DNA of 64,000 nucleotides from the NCBI GenBank assembly GCA_963537515.1, contig CAUTEN010000002.1:314-64313 (forward strand). Reading direction: 5' to 3'. Shown in pieces: positions 40,334 to 51,179 of this stretch; the stretch's first letter is position 1; each line of letters starts with the position of its first letter. The position numbers and the translations under genes were made by a program. Source of the stretch: an uncultured Fusobacterium sp. (lineage in GTDB: Bacteria > Fusobacteriota > Fusobacteriia > Fusobacteriales > Fusobacteriaceae). The notes under the pieces were generated by a model. That model saw only the letters and a program-made list of their open reading frames with translations. It had not been told where the DNA came from and did not search any database.

Positions 40334-40648
40334 ATGTACGCAGTAATTAAAACTGGTGGAAAACAGTATAAAGTTACAGAAGGTGATGTATTAAAAGTAG
40401 AAAAACTAAATGCTGAAGTTAATACAACTGTTGAATTAACAGAAGTTCTTTTAGTAGCTGGTGGGGACAACGCAGTTAAAGTTGGTAAACCATTAGTAGA
40501 AGGAGCAAAAGTAGTTGTGGAAGTTTTATCTCAAGGTAAAGGTCCAAAAGTAATTAACTTCAAATACAAGCCTAAAAAAGCTAGTCACAGAAAAAAAGGG
40601 CATAGACAACTTTTTACTGAAGTAAAAGTAACTTCAATAATAGCATAG
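40334..40648 (+). CDS. rplU: 50S ribosomal protein L21
   Basis: [14 protein letters not shown]...GHRQ. Confidence 0.99.
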   Translation: MYAVIKTGGKQYKVTEGDVLKVEKLNAEVNTTVELTEVLLVAGGDNAVKVGKPLVEGAKVVVEVLSQGKGPKVINFKYKPKKASHRKKGHRQLFTEVKVTSIIA

Positions 40649-40651
40649 TTT

Positions 40652-40981
40652 ATGACTAAGGTAGAAATTTTTAGAAAAAATGGTAGTATAGTAGGATATA
40701 AAGCAAGTGGACATTCTGGATATTCAGAACAAGGTAGTGATATTATTTGTTCTGCTATCTCAACATCATTACAAATGACTTTGGCAGGAATTCAAGAAGT
40801 CTTAAAGTTAGAACCTAAATTTAAAATAAATGATGGTTTTCTTGATGTTGATTTAAAAGATATTAGCCAAAATAAATTTACAGAAATAAATATACTCACA
40901 GAATCTATGGCTTTATTTTTAAAAGAATTAGCTAAGCAGTATCCTAAATACATTAGACTTGTAGAAAAGGAGGAAAAGTAA
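40652..40981 (+). CDS. prp: ribosomal-processing cysteine protease Prp (YsxB)
   Basis: GHS and DIICSAIS His/Cys dyad; between rplU and rpmA. Confidence 0.93.
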   Translation: MTKVEIFRKNGSIVGYKASGHSGYSEQGSDIICSAISTSLQMTLAGIQEVLKLEPKFKINDGFLDVDLKDISQNKFTEINILTESMALFLKELAKQYPKYIRLVEKEEK

Positions 40982-41266
40982 ATGCAATTTTTATTTAATA
41001 TACAATTATTTGCACATAAAAAAGGGCAAGGTTCTGTTAAAAACGGAAGAGACTCTAATCCTAAATATCTTGGAGTTAAAAAATATGATGGAGAAGTTGT
41101 AAAAGCTGGAAACATCATAGTTAGACAAAGAGGAACTAAATACCATGCAGGAAATAATATGGGAATTGGTAAAGATCACACTCTTTTCGCTTTAATTGAT
41201 GGATATGTAAAATTTGAAAGATTAGGAAAAGATAAAAAACAAGTTTCTATATATTCAGAAAAATAA
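40982..41266 (+). CDS. rpmA: 50S ribosomal protein L27 with cleavable N-terminal extension
   Basis: [23 protein letters not shown]. Confidence 0.99.
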   Translation: MQFLFNIQLFAHKKGQGSVKNGRDSNPKYLGVKKYDGEVVKAGNIIVRQRGTKYHAGNNMGIGKDHTLFALIDGYVKFERLGKDKKQVSIYSEK

Positions 41267-41274
41267 AAATATTT

Positions 41275-41302
41275 AAAAATCCTATTAATTTAGGATTTTT
41301 TT
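41275..41302 (+). terminator. terminator after rpmA
   Basis: AAAAATCCTA-TTAATT-TAGGATTTTTTT. Confidence 0.75.
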
Positions 41303-41396
41303 ATTTATTTATTAGGAAAGTATAAATTTAAAGGTTGTATAATAAATTTTACAGAAAAAGAGAGACAATTGCAAAAGATTTTTTTAAAATCTGCAA

Positions 41397-42203
41397 TTGG
41401 CTTTTTTTAATAGCATAGATATAAATTCAAAAAATCCAGTTTTTATTACTGTGGATAAAAATAATGAATTTCTTATTGTGGCAACATTGCAAGGAGGAAG
41501 TTTATTTTCAATAAAAAGAAATTCTAATGGAAGTTTAGGAGAAATTTTTGATACTTTTAAATTTGAAGGAAAAAATGAAAATTCTAATTCTTTTGTACAT
41601 CAATGTATATTTGATAATAATAAAGATTTTTTATTTGTTCCAACACAAGCAAGAGCAAAAGGTTATGAGAGATTAAATTTAATTAAATATGAAAATGGAA
41701 AATTCAGCCTATCTGATTATTTTGATGGAAGAATTTATTCAGAGCCAAGACATACTGCTATACATAGAAATAATAGATATGTCTATATGAGTAATGAGAA
41801 AGGGAATGATGTTACATTTTTAGAATTTGATTCAGTCAATGGAAAATTAAAAGCTAGACAAACACTACCAACACTGCCTGAAACTTTTACTGCTAATTCA
41901 GATGTAGCAGCTATACTTATAGATAAAAATTCTGAATATGTACTTGTTTCAAATAGATTTTCAGATATAATAACAACCTATAATATAGATAAGGAAACAG
42001 GATTTTTAAAAGTGATAAACTATACAGATACCCTTGGGAAAACTCCTAGATTTATGACTTTTAAAAAAGATACAAATAAATTATTTTGTGCAAATGAAGA
42101 GTCTGACACAATAGTTGAATTTGAATTAGGTGATAATGGTTTCTTGAAACATACTGGAAAAATAATAGATTCTAAAAGTCCTGTATGTATAATATTTAAG
42201 TAG
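41397..42203 (+). pseudogene. 5'-truncated lactonase (6-phosphogluconolactonase/Pgl beta-propeller family)
   Basis: SFVH, EPRH, VSNR, GKTPRF, SPVC motifs; lacks roughly 70-80 N-terminal aa; no RBS, and the TTG lies inside a hairpin with an in-frame TAA at 41385. Confidence 0.7.
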
Positions 42204-42211
42204 GTGATATT

Positions 42212-43474
42212 ATGGAAATGTTAAGTTATGCTTCTTTAATTGCTTTAATTATTGCTATTGTGTTAGGATTTTTCAAAAAAACAAATGTTGGAATTATTGC
42301 AATAGCAATGGCATTTTTTCTAGGAAAATACTTTGGAATAAAAGATAAGGATATAATAAAGGGATTTAGTTCCTCATTATTTTTAACTATGACAGGAGTT
42401 TCATATTTATTTGGACTTTTAAGTGCAAACAATACCTTAGAAAATTTATCTGCAAAAATAGTTTCTCTTACAGGAAAAAATAAAATATTGTTACCTATAA
42501 TAATGTTTCTTTTAGGTGCTTTATTATGTGCAGTTGAACCAGGAGCTATACCAACTCTTGCTATTATGCCAATAATTGCAGTACCTATTGCTGTGGCAGC
42601 TGGATATAATCCTGTTATGTTAGCAATAATTGCACAATGTGGAGTAATGGGTGCTAGAATGAGTCCTCTTACACCAGAAGCAGCAGTTGTTATTGAACTA
42701 ATGAATGCTCAGGGATTAGATAGTAAAATGTTACCTATATTTTTATCTCGTATTTTAACAGGTTTTCTTATTTCAGTTTTTGCTTTTATATACTATAAAG
42801 GCTGGAAAAGAGAAGAAAATTTTGAAGTGAATATGAACAATGATATTAAATTTAATAAAGAACAAATATTATCGTTGGTTGGATTAATTATAATGATTAT
42901 CTCAGTTATTATGTTTAAAGTCAATGTTGGTTTAATGGCATTTGCAATAGGGAGTATACTTGTACTTTTAGGAGCAGGAGATGAAAAGAAAGCTATTTCT
43001 AAAATTCCTTGGAATGTTATTTTATTCGTATTGGGAGTAGGAGTTCTTATGAACATAGTTTCATTATCAGGTGGAATTATATTAATGGCAGAAGGAATGA
43101 CAAAGATTATGACTCCAAAAACAGCACCATCAATTATGGCAGTAAGTGCATCTGTTATGAGCTTTTTCAGTTCGGGATTGGGTGTTGTATTCCCAACATT
43201 GATTCCAACTTCATCAATTATTGCAGATAATTTAGGTATAGTACACTATGCAAAAGAGCTTGTAGCTATGGTAACAGTAGGAGGAACTTTTACAGGAATA
43301 AGCCCTATATCAACAACAGGGGCATTAATAATGTCAGCGGTAATTTCAGATGAACAAGTAAAAGATAAATTTCCTCAAAATAAATTATTCTTAGAGTTAG
43401 TGTTTTGGGCATTTTTTACTATAATTTTAGAAGTAATTTTAGCTTATTTAGGAATTTATAAACTTTTTTTCTAA
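42212..43474 (+). CDS. dicarboxylate carrier (MatC/SLC13-IT superfamily permease)
   Basis: TNVGIIA, GVSYLF, MSPL, IPWNVI, FSSGLGVVFPTLIP, SPISTTGAL. Confidence 0.85.
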   Translation: MEMLSYASLIALIIAIVLGFFKKTNVGIIAIAMAFFLGKYFGIKDKDIIKGFSSSLFLTMTGVSYLFGLLSANNTLENLSAKIVSLTGKNKILLPIIMFLLGALLCAVEPGAIPTLAIMPIIAVPIAVAAGYNPVMLAIIAQCGVMGARMSPLTPEAAVVIELMNAQGLDSKMLPIFLSRILTGFLISVFAFIYYKGWKREENFEVNMNNDIKFNKEQILSLVGLIIMIISVIMFKVNVGLMAFAIGSILVLLGAGDEKKAISKIPWNVILFVLGVGVLMNIVSLSGGIILMAEGMTKIMTPKTAPSIMAVSASVMSFFSSGLGVVFPTLIPTSSIIADNLGIVHYAKELVAMVTVGGTFTGISPISTTGALIMSAVISDEQVKDKFPQNKLFLELVFWAFFTIILEVILAYLGIYKLFF

Positions 43475-43495
43475 TAAATAATATCGAGTACATTA

Positions 43496-43545
43496 AAAAA
43501 GAACTATTATTTATAAGTGTTTATTGCTTTATAATAGTTCTTTTT
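43496..43545 (+). terminator. terminator after permease
   Basis: 15-bp arms AAAAAGAACTATTAT / ATAATAGTTCTTTTT. Confidence 0.65.
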
Positions 43546-43603
43546 GTTATAATATAAATAATAAAATACTCTAAATAAAATTTATTGATATATGGAGGTT
43601 AAA

Positions 43604-44818
43604 GTGCAAAGTAGGGAAAGTAATATAAAACTATTATTGTTAGGTAGAGCTGTATCTCTATTTGGAAGTACAATCTATCTAATAGTTTTACCATTGTATA
43701 TATTGAATATTACTCAAAGTTTAAAAACAACAGGTATTTTCTTTGCAGTAGTTAATTTTCCAACAATTATTGTTTCTATTTTTATTGGAGCAATAATTGA
43801 GAAATTTAATAAAAAGAATATAATTTTACTATGTGATTTTTTAACTTCAGTTTTATATTTTATTCTATTTTTATACTTTAAAAATTATAATTCTTTGACT
43901 TTTTTATTTTTAATTTCATTAATTATAAATATCATTTCAAAGTTTTTTGAAATAGCTTCTAAGGTATTATTTTCGGAGATTAATAACCCTGAAACACTTG
44001 AAAAATATAATGGTTTACAAAGTTTTATGGAAAACACTATTATGATTGTTGGACCAGTTATAGGTACTTATTTATTTGCTACATTTGATTTCAATTTAAT
44101 TCTAATAATAGTTTCTTTAGGATATTTCCTATCCTTTTTGCAAGAATTATTTATAAAATATGAAAAAAATCTTGATTTATCAATAGAAAAAACTAATTTT
44201 TTAGAAGATTTTAAAGAAGGAATATGTTATATAAGAAGTAATAAAATTATTTTAAATTTCTTTATATTAGTTATGTTTTTAAACTTCTTTATAGCTAATA
44301 ATGATGAAATAATCAATCCAGGAATTCTAATAAAAAAATATGAAATATCTGAAAAATTATTTGGATTTTCAGCTACTTCATATGGAGCAGGAAGTGTGTT
44401 TGCAGGGATTTTTATTTTTTATAATAAGAAATTTAGATTTCTAAAAAAACTAAAATCATTATTTATTTTAAATAGTTCTTTGATGTGCTTGTTAGGTTTA
44501 TTATCTATAATATTATTTAAATATAACCACTATATATATTTTACAATATTTATATTTTTTCAATTTTTAATTGGAATGATAACTACCTTTGTAAATGTCC
44601 CATTAATATCTTCATTTCAAAAAAATGTTGAAATTAAATATCAAAGTTGTTTTTTCTCAATTCTATCATTTTTTTCAGGAGGTTTAATTCCTTTAGGAGT
44701 TCTATATGCAGGTTATCTATCATCATACATTGGTGCTGATATCACATATATAATTGATAATATTGCTATTATAATTATAGTGTGTTTAGTTTTTAAAAAT
44801 ATAGAGAAAGATTATTGA
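43604..44818 (+). CDS. MFS transporter (macrolide-efflux/DHA3-like)
   Basis: multi-TM; GRAVSLFG, GAIIEKFNKK motif-A variant; GTG 43604 after GGAGG RBS (track start 43592). Confidence 0.85.
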   Translation: MQSRESNIKLLLLGRAVSLFGSTIYLIVLPLYILNITQSLKTTGIFFAVVNFPTIIVSIFIGAIIEKFNKKNIILLCDFLTSVLYFILFLYFKNYNSLTFLFLISLIINIISKFFEIASKVLFSEINNPETLEKYNGLQSFMENTIMIVGPVIGTYLFATFDFNLILIIVSLGYFLSFLQELFIKYEKNLDLSIEKTNFLEDFKEGICYIRSNKIILNFFILVMFLNFFIANNDEIINPGILIKKYEISEKLFGFSATSYGAGSVFAGIFIFYNKKFRFLKKLKSLFILNSSLMCLLGLLSIILFKYNHYIYFTIFIFFQFLIGMITTFVNVPLISSFQKNVEIKYQSCFFSILSFFSGGLIPLGVLYAGYLSSYIGADITYIIDNIAIIIIVCLVFKNIEKDY

Positions 44819-45076
44819 ATAATTTTCTAAAATCTATTATTAGCATTTTATATAGAAATTATAAATTTATAAAAATAATAATTATCATTTATTATATATA
44901 TTTTATATAATTTGAATAAAATTTACTCTAAAATAGATTAAAATTTTATCGTTTTTTAAATAATTTAAGTTGCTTTTTAATTAAAACTAGACTATTATGT
45001 ATCTAAGATAAAATTTTTAGAATTAGCCCATAAAGCTTGAAAATTTAACGATTTCTATTTACGGAGGTAGATTTTT

Positions 45077-46660
45077 ATGAAAATGTATGGACTTGAAAGA
45101 TTAGGAATTAGTAATGTAATAGCAGCACACTATAATTTAAGCCCTGCACAGCTTGTAGAGAAGGCTTTAGCAAATAATGAAGGAACATTGAGTGATACTG
45201 GTGCCTTTGTTATATCAACTGGGAAATATACTGGACGTGCACCAGATGATAAATTCTTTGTGGACACTCCAGGAGTTCACAAGTATATTGATTGGAGTAG
45301 AAATCAACCTATAGAAAAAGAAAAGTTTGATGCAATTTTTGGAAAATTAGTTGCTTATTTACAAAATCGTGAAATTTTTATTTTTGATGGAAGAGCAGGA
45401 GCTAATCTAGAATATACGAGAAGATTTCGTATTATAAATGAATTAGCTAGTCAAAATTTATTTATTCACCAACTATTAATTAGGACAGATGAAGAATATA
45501 ATGAAAATAATGATATTGACTTCACTATTATTTCAGCACCTAATTTTCACTGTGTACCTGAAATAGATGGAGTAAATTCAGAAGCAGCCATAATAATTGA
45601 TTTTGAAAGTAAATTAGCTATTATCTGTGGAACAAGATATTCAGGAGAAATAAAGAAAAGTGTATTTTCTATAATGAATTATATTATGCCTCATAAAAAT
45701 ATTTTACCTATGCACTGTTCAGCAAATATGGATCCAGTAACTCATGAAACTGCAATTTTCTTTGGATTATCTGGAACAGGTAAAACAACTCTATCAGCTG
45801 ATCCTAATCGTAAGTTGATTGGTGATGATGAACATGGTTGGTGTGATAAAGGTATTTTCAATTTTGAAGGTGGATGTTATGCAAAATGTATAAACCTGAA
45901 AGAAGAAAGTGAACCTGAAATTTATCGTGCTATTAAATTTGGAAGTTTAGTTGAAAATGTTGTTGTAGACCCTATAACAAGAAAAATTCAATATGAAGAT
46001 GCAAGTATAACTCCAAACACAAGGGTAGGATATCCTATTCACTATATTCCTAATGCTGAGTTATCAGGGGTGGGTGGAATACCAAAAGTTGTTATATTCT
46101 TAACAGCAGATTCTTTTGGGGTCTTACCTCCAATTTCAAGATTGAGCCAAGAGGCTGCAATGTATCATTTTGTAACTGGTTTTACTGCAAAACTTGCTGG
46201 AACAGAATTAGGGGTAAAAGAGCCAGTTCCTACATTCTCAACTTGTTTTGGAGAACCATTTATGCCTATGGATCCAAGTGTATATGCTAAAATGCTTGGA
46301 GAAAGATTAAAGAAACATAATACAAAAGTGTATTTAATTAACACTGGTTGGTCAGGTGGAGCTTATGGAACAGGTAAGAGAATAAACTTAAAATATACTC
46401 GTGCAATGGTAACAGCAGTATTAAATGGATATTTTGATAATGCTGAATACAAACATGATGAAATATTTAACTTAGATATTCCTCAATCTTGTCCAGGTGT
46501 TCCTAGTGAAATTATGAATCCAATAGATACTTGGGCAGATAGAGATAAATATATTGTTGCTGCTAAGAAATTAGCTAATCTATTCTATAATAACTTTAAA
46601 GAAAAGTACCCAAATATGCCAGAAAATATTACAAATGCTGGTCCTAAATATAATGATTAA
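45077..46660 (+). CDS. pckA: phosphoenolpyruvate carboxykinase (ATP)
   Basis: TGRAP, YSGEIKK, MHCSAN, GLSGTGKTT, IGDDEHGW, NFEGGCYAK. Confidence 0.98.
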   Translation: MKMYGLERLGISNVIAAHYNLSPAQLVEKALANNEGTLSDTGAFVISTGKYTGRAPDDKFFVDTPGVHKYIDWSRNQPIEKEKFDAIFGKLVAYLQNREIFIFDGRAGANLEYTRRFRIINELASQNLFIHQLLIRTDEEYNENNDIDFTIISAPNFHCVPEIDGVNSEAAIIIDFESKLAIICGTRYSGEIKKSVFSIMNYIMPHKNILPMHCSANMDPVTHETAIFFGLSGTGKTTLSADPNRKLIGDDEHGWCDKGIFNFEGGCYAKCINLKEESEPEIYRAIKFGSLVENVVVDPITRKIQYEDASITPNTRVGYPIHYIPNAELSGVGGIPKVVIFLTADSFGVLPPISRLSQEAAMYHFVTGFTAKLAGTELGVKEPVPTFSTCFGEPFMPMDPSVYAKMLGERLKKHNTKVYLINTGWSGGAYGTGKRINLKYTRAMVTAVLNGYFDNAEYKHDEIFNLDIPQSCPGVPSEIMNPIDTWADRDKYIVAAKKLANLFYNNFKEKYPNMPENITNAGPKYND

Positions 46661-46663
46661 TTG

Positions 46664-46707
46664 AAAAATTCTCATAGCCTTATTAATTTAAGGTTATGAG
46701 AATTTTT
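46664..46707. terminator. bidirectional terminator pckA / DUF1846
   Basis: AAAAATTCTCATAGCCTTA-TTAATT-TAAGGTTATGAGAATTTTT. Confidence 0.8.
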
Positions 46708-46708
46708 G

Positions 46709-48220
46709 TTATTGATTGTAATATAAATTTTCAGTTGGAAAAACTTGATCTGATGTAACATCAATTCCAAGTTTTCTTAAATATTGCTCATCATTTCTTC
46801 CTAAAATATGTGTTGAATGAGCTTGTACTCCCTCTAATTGTGAAAGTTTAGATAGAGCAACCTCTGCCATAGGGTTAGTTGCTGCTGTTATACTTAAAGC
46901 AATTAATATTTCCTCACAATCAAGTGGAATATGTCTATTTTTTAAAGTCTTTTCTTTTAATTTTATAATTGGCTCTAAAATTGTTGGTGAAATCAATAGT
47001 AGTTCATCATCAAAATTAGAAAGATACTTCAATGAATTTAATATAGCTGCTGAAGGAGCATCCATTAAAGAAGATTTTTTACCAGTTATTATTTTTCCAT
47101 CTGGCATTTCAAATGCAATAGCAGAAATTGTCTTTTGTTTATCATTTTTTTCTTCATTTAAAAGTTCTAATTTTTTTCTAGCAAAAGTTACAACTTTTCT
47201 ATCTTCTTCTTTTAAACCTAGACTGTGCATTATAAATTCTGATCTTTTAAATGTTTCTAAATCAGTATTTCCTTTTTTATAATCACAACCAGTTTTAAAA
47301 TATCTTCTTATTATTTCTTGTTCAGATGCTTTTCTAACTACTTCATCATCAATTATTCCAAAGCCAACTCTATTAACTCCCATATCAGTAGGAGATTGAT
47401 AAATTGACTTTTTACCAGTTATCTTTTCAATAATTCTTTTTAACAGAGGAAAAGCTTCTATATCTCTATTATAGTTTACTGCAATTTCTCCATATGCTTC
47501 TAAATGAAATGGGTCTATCATATTTACATCATTTAAGTCAACTGTTGCAGCTTCATAAGCTATGTTTAAAGGATGTTTTAAAGGTACATTCCAAACTGGA
47601 AAAGTTTCAAACTTAGAGTATCCTACATTTTTTCCTCTTTTGTATTCATGGTAAAGTTGACTTAAACAAGTGGCAAGTTTCCCACTGCCAGGTCCTGGGG
47701 CAGTTACTACAACTATAGGTTTAGTTGTTTCTATATAGGCATTTTTTCCATAGCCTTCATCACTAACTATTGTATCAACATCACTAGGGTAACCTTTTGT
47801 GGCAAAGTGTTTATATACTTTTATTCCTCTTCTTTCTAATCTTGTAACAAAAAGATCTGTTGAAGGTCTATCTTCATATCTTGTAATAACTACACTATTA
47901 ACTTTTAAATCATTTTCTCTTAAATCATCAATAAGCCTAAAAACGTCCATATCATAAGTGATTCCAAAATCACCTCTGATTTTATTTCTTTCTATATCAC
48001 CTGCATAAACACAGATTATAACTTCTATTTTATCTTTAAGTTTATTTAAAACTTTAATTTTTGCATTTTCATCAAAGCCAGGTAAAACTCTTTTAGCATG
48101 TAAATCCCCTAAAAGTTTTCCTCCAAATTCAATATAAAGTTTATCATGGTTATTAACTCTCTCAAGTATATATTTAGATTGTTCTTCTAAATATTTTTCA
48201 TGGTCAAAACCTATTATCAT
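46709..48220 (-). CDS. DUF1846 (UPF0371) family protein
   Basis: [52 protein letters not shown]. Confidence 0.88.
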   Translation of the reverse strand: MIIGFDHEKYLEEQSKYILERVNNHDKLYIEFGGKLLGDLHAKRVLPGFDENAKIKVLNKLKDKIEVIICVYAGDIERNKIRGDFGITYDMDVFRLIDDLRENDLKVNSVVITRYEDRPSTDLFVTRLERRGIKVYKHFATKGYPSDVDTIVSDEGYGKNAYIETTKPIVVVTAPGPGSGKLATCLSQLYHEYKRGKNVGYSKFETFPVWNVPLKHPLNIAYEAATVDLNDVNMIDPFHLEAYGEIAVNYNRDIEAFPLLKRIIEKITGKKSIYQSPTDMGVNRVGFGIIDDEVVRKASEQEIIRRYFKTGCDYKKGNTDLETFKRSEFIMHSLGLKEEDRKVVTFARKKLELLNEEKNDKQKTISAIAFEMPDGKIITGKKSSLMDAPSAAILNSLKYLSNFDDELLLISPTILEPIIKLKEKTLKNRHIPLDCEEILIALSITAATNPMAEVALSKLSQLEGVQAHSTHILGRNDEQYLRKLGIDVTSDQVFPTENLYYNQ

Positions 48221-48382
48221 TTTGTATCACTACTCCCAAATTAAAAAAATAAATAAGATTTACAACAAAAAGCCATTTATTATTTTAGCATATATAATAA
48301 GGTTTGTGAATAATTTTTGAATCCTTTACTAAAAAAGCTATTGATTTTAAAATAAAATTTCTATTCAATAGATTAAGAAATA

Positions 48383-50872
48383 CTAATTCTCTTTATCAGA
48401 TTCTACTTTATTTTTAATAGCTGTATAAGATTGATTTACTATTTCATCATAAGTTAGATTTTCAACTTTTATTTTATCTAGAAATTCTACAGTAATTTTT
48501 CCAGGTTTAGGGAATTTTTTATCAGCTGGGAATAAGTCATAAGCTCCATCTATAACATAAGGTTGAATATCAACATTTAATTCTTTTGCAAGAATAGCAA
48601 AAGATTTTTTAAATTTATTCATTTTTCCATCTCTAGTTCTTAATCCTTCTGGATAAATAGCAACATTTTTATTTTCTTTCAAAACTTTAGCAAGTATTTG
48701 CATCACTTCAGCAATATCTTTATTCATATCAACTAATACAACATTTGAAGAATTTGCCATAAATTTCATTATAGAACTTTTAAAATGTACTACTGTTGCC
48801 AAGAAATAAGTTTTTTTCATAACTTTTAAAGGAACAGAATAATTAAATAAGAAACCATCTAAGAAACTTTGATGATTTGCAACAAAGATAGTAGGTTTAT
48901 CTTTTTCAATTTTTTCTTTACCTTTTACCTTAACTCTAAAAAATGTTTTAAAAAGAATAAAAGATAAAAATTTAAAAATTACTGCTACAAAGCTTGAACT
49001 TGGTAAATCTGCTTTTGTATCTTTATTTATAATTTCTTTCCAATCTAAGTTTCCTATTTTTTCTTGATTTCTATTATCTCTTATATAATTAGCAAGTTCT
49101 AAAAGAGTCGGATTTTTAGAAATTAAGTTTTCTTCTTTAATACCATAATTTAAGTCCAAGAAATGTTGAAACTCTACCATATCCAACGAATCCATACCTA
49201 AATCAATTTCAATATGAGAATCAAAATATACTTCTTTTTCCTTAATACCAACAAGATATTTTTTAATCTTATTATATTCTTCAAAATCAGGTTCAGGTTT
49301 TCTTTCTTGCTTTTCAATTTTTCCATCTAGCATATCTGCTATCATAAATCTTTTAATTTTACCAATTTTTGTTTTTGGAAAATCTTCATTTATAATTTTA
49401 ACATCCAGTATTTTTTTATAATCAGGAGTTTTTTGATTGTATTTATCAACTACTTCCCATTTTAAATTTTCATAAATATTATCAATTTTTTCTTCTTTTA
49501 CCTTTTCAAAGTCTGGATGTATAACTGCTGTTAAAATAGAATTATACTCTATAACTACTATTTCAGAAATTAGATTAGTCATAGAGGAAATTTTTGTTTC
49601 TATTTCAATAGGATTTATATTTTTACCATTAGATAAAACTATCATTTCCTTTTTTCTACCTGTTACATATAGATAACCATTTTCTAATTTTCCTAAATCT
49701 CCAGTATGCAACCAACCGTCTTTATCTATTATTTCAGCAGTTGCTTCAGGATTTTTATAGTAACCTTTCATTACATTTCTACCTTTAACAAGTATTTCAC
49801 TATCATCAGCAATTTTAACTTCAACATCTTTGATAACTCTACCAGCTGAATCAGGAACTATATCATTTTTTGGAGTATATGAAATTATTGGAGAAGTCTC
49901 AGTCATTCCATAACCTTCACAAATTTTTATACCTAAAGTATGAAAATCCTTTGTAATTTGTGGATTTAATTTAGAACCTCCTGATACAAAAAATTTAATA
50001 TGTCCTCCAAAACCTTCACTTACTTTTTTAAAAATTACTTTACTAAAAGCTAAAGAATTAATTTTTTTAGCTAATTTAAAAATAAATCTTGTTATTCCTT
50101 TTGAATTTATAGTATCCATAATTTTTTTATGCATTACTTCCCAAAGTTTAGGAACACCTATTAACATAGTTACCTTATATTTCTTCATTGCATCTATAAG
50201 TGCAACAGAAGATATATCTTCAAGAAATACTATTGTAGCAGAATATAAAAGAGGCATAACTCCAGTTCCTAAAAGTGGTAATATATGATGTAATGGTAAT
50301 AGTGCAATAGTTATATCAGTCTCTTCATACATCTTATAGACATCAAGTGAATCAACATTAGCTAAAATATTATCAAATGTTAGCATAACTCCCTTAGGTT
50401 TTCCAGTTGTTCCAGAAGTATATAGTATTAAAGCTGTATCTTCTTTTTCAGGTGAATTAATCACTAAATTTTCTGACAAGTTTTCATCAATTTTTATTTC
50501 ATCTAAATTTATCTCATCTACAATAATAATTTCAATTTCTTCCTTATTTAAAATACTTAGAGCTTCTTTTACTTTTTCAACTTGCATATTAGAAGTAAAT
50601 ATTTTAACAACATCTGAATTACCTATATAATATATCATTTCTTCTGCTGTGCTTGAAGCATCTATACAAACACAAGTCGCTCTACTATCCCAAATAGCAA
50701 AAAAACTATATAATAATTCTGGTCTATTTTCCATATATATCATATTGTTTGTAAATTGTTTTATTTTTGTAAATTGTTTTATTTTTTTTGTGTTTAAGAT
50801 AAATTCTTTATAAGTAACAGCTATATCTTTATAGTATAGAGCTACTTTATTTTTATCGGTTACGATTTGCAT
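48383..50872 (-). CDS. long-chain fatty acid adenylation enzyme fused to acyl-carrier and PlsC-type acyltransferase domains
   Basis: YTSGTTGKPKG, GYGMTE, TGDLG, PKTKIGK; DLGMDSLDMVE (Ppant Ser); NHQSFLD, YPEGLRT. Confidence 0.88.
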   Translation of the reverse strand: MQIVTDKNKVALYYKDIAVTYKEFILNTKKIKQFTKIKQFTNNMIYMENRPELLYSFFAIWDSRATCVCIDASSTAEEMIYYIGNSDVVKIFTSNMQVEKVKEALSILNKEEIEIIIVDEINLDEIKIDENLSENLVINSPEKEDTALILYTSGTTGKPKGVMLTFDNILANVDSLDVYKMYEETDITIALLPLHHILPLLGTGVMPLLYSATIVFLEDISSVALIDAMKKYKVTMLIGVPKLWEVMHKKIMDTINSKGITRFIFKLAKKINSLAFSKVIFKKVSEGFGGHIKFFVSGGSKLNPQITKDFHTLGIKICEGYGMTETSPIISYTPKNDIVPDSAGRVIKDVEVKIADDSEILVKGRNVMKGYYKNPEATAEIIDKDGWLHTGDLGKLENGYLYVTGRKKEMIVLSNGKNINPIEIETKISSMTNLISEIVVIEYNSILTAVIHPDFEKVKEEKIDNIYENLKWEVVDKYNQKTPDYKKILDVKIINEDFPKTKIGKIKRFMIADMLDGKIEKQERKPEPDFEEYNKIKKYLVGIKEKEVYFDSHIEIDLGMDSLDMVEFQHFLDLNYGIKEENLISKNPTLLELANYIRDNRNQEKIGNLDWKEIINKDTKADLPSSSFVAVIFKFLSFILFKTFFRVKVKGKEKIEKDKPTIFVANHQSFLDGFLFNYSVPLKVMKKTYFLATVVHFKSSIMKFMANSSNVVLVDMNKDIAEVMQILAKVLKENKNVAIYPEGLRTRDGKMNKFKKSFAILAKELNVDIQPYVIDGAYDLFPADKKFPKPGKITVEFLDKIKVENLTYDEIVNQSYTAIKNKVESDKEN

Positions 50873-51179
50873 TTATCTAACTCCCCTTTCTAATAATTTT
50901 TAAAATAAAACTCATCTTATTATAACAGATGTCTTTTTTAAAATCTATTCTATTTTATACTAAAAAAATTAAAATTTAGTAAAATTTTATTTTATCTTTA
51001 ACAAGTTTTATAGTTCCATTAAACAATATGGATAAAGATGGAAGTGTTATTTTACCATAATTATTTTGGTAAACTTTTACTTATATGACCAAGAAAATCT
51101 TGAAAAAATTCTTTTTTATTAAAAAAGAGCCATTACAAATTTAAATTAAAATTTATAACAACTCCTTTATACAAATATT

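Noticed and set aside
37525..43230. ORFs 37525-37854, 40792-41118, 42226-42432, 42793-43056 and 43009-43230
   Set aside because: Antisense or alternate-frame overlaps of real genes, with no motifs
44819..45076. Long intergenic region before pckA as riboswitch or sRNA
   Set aside because: Almost pure A/T with no convincing stem or known aptamer motif by eye
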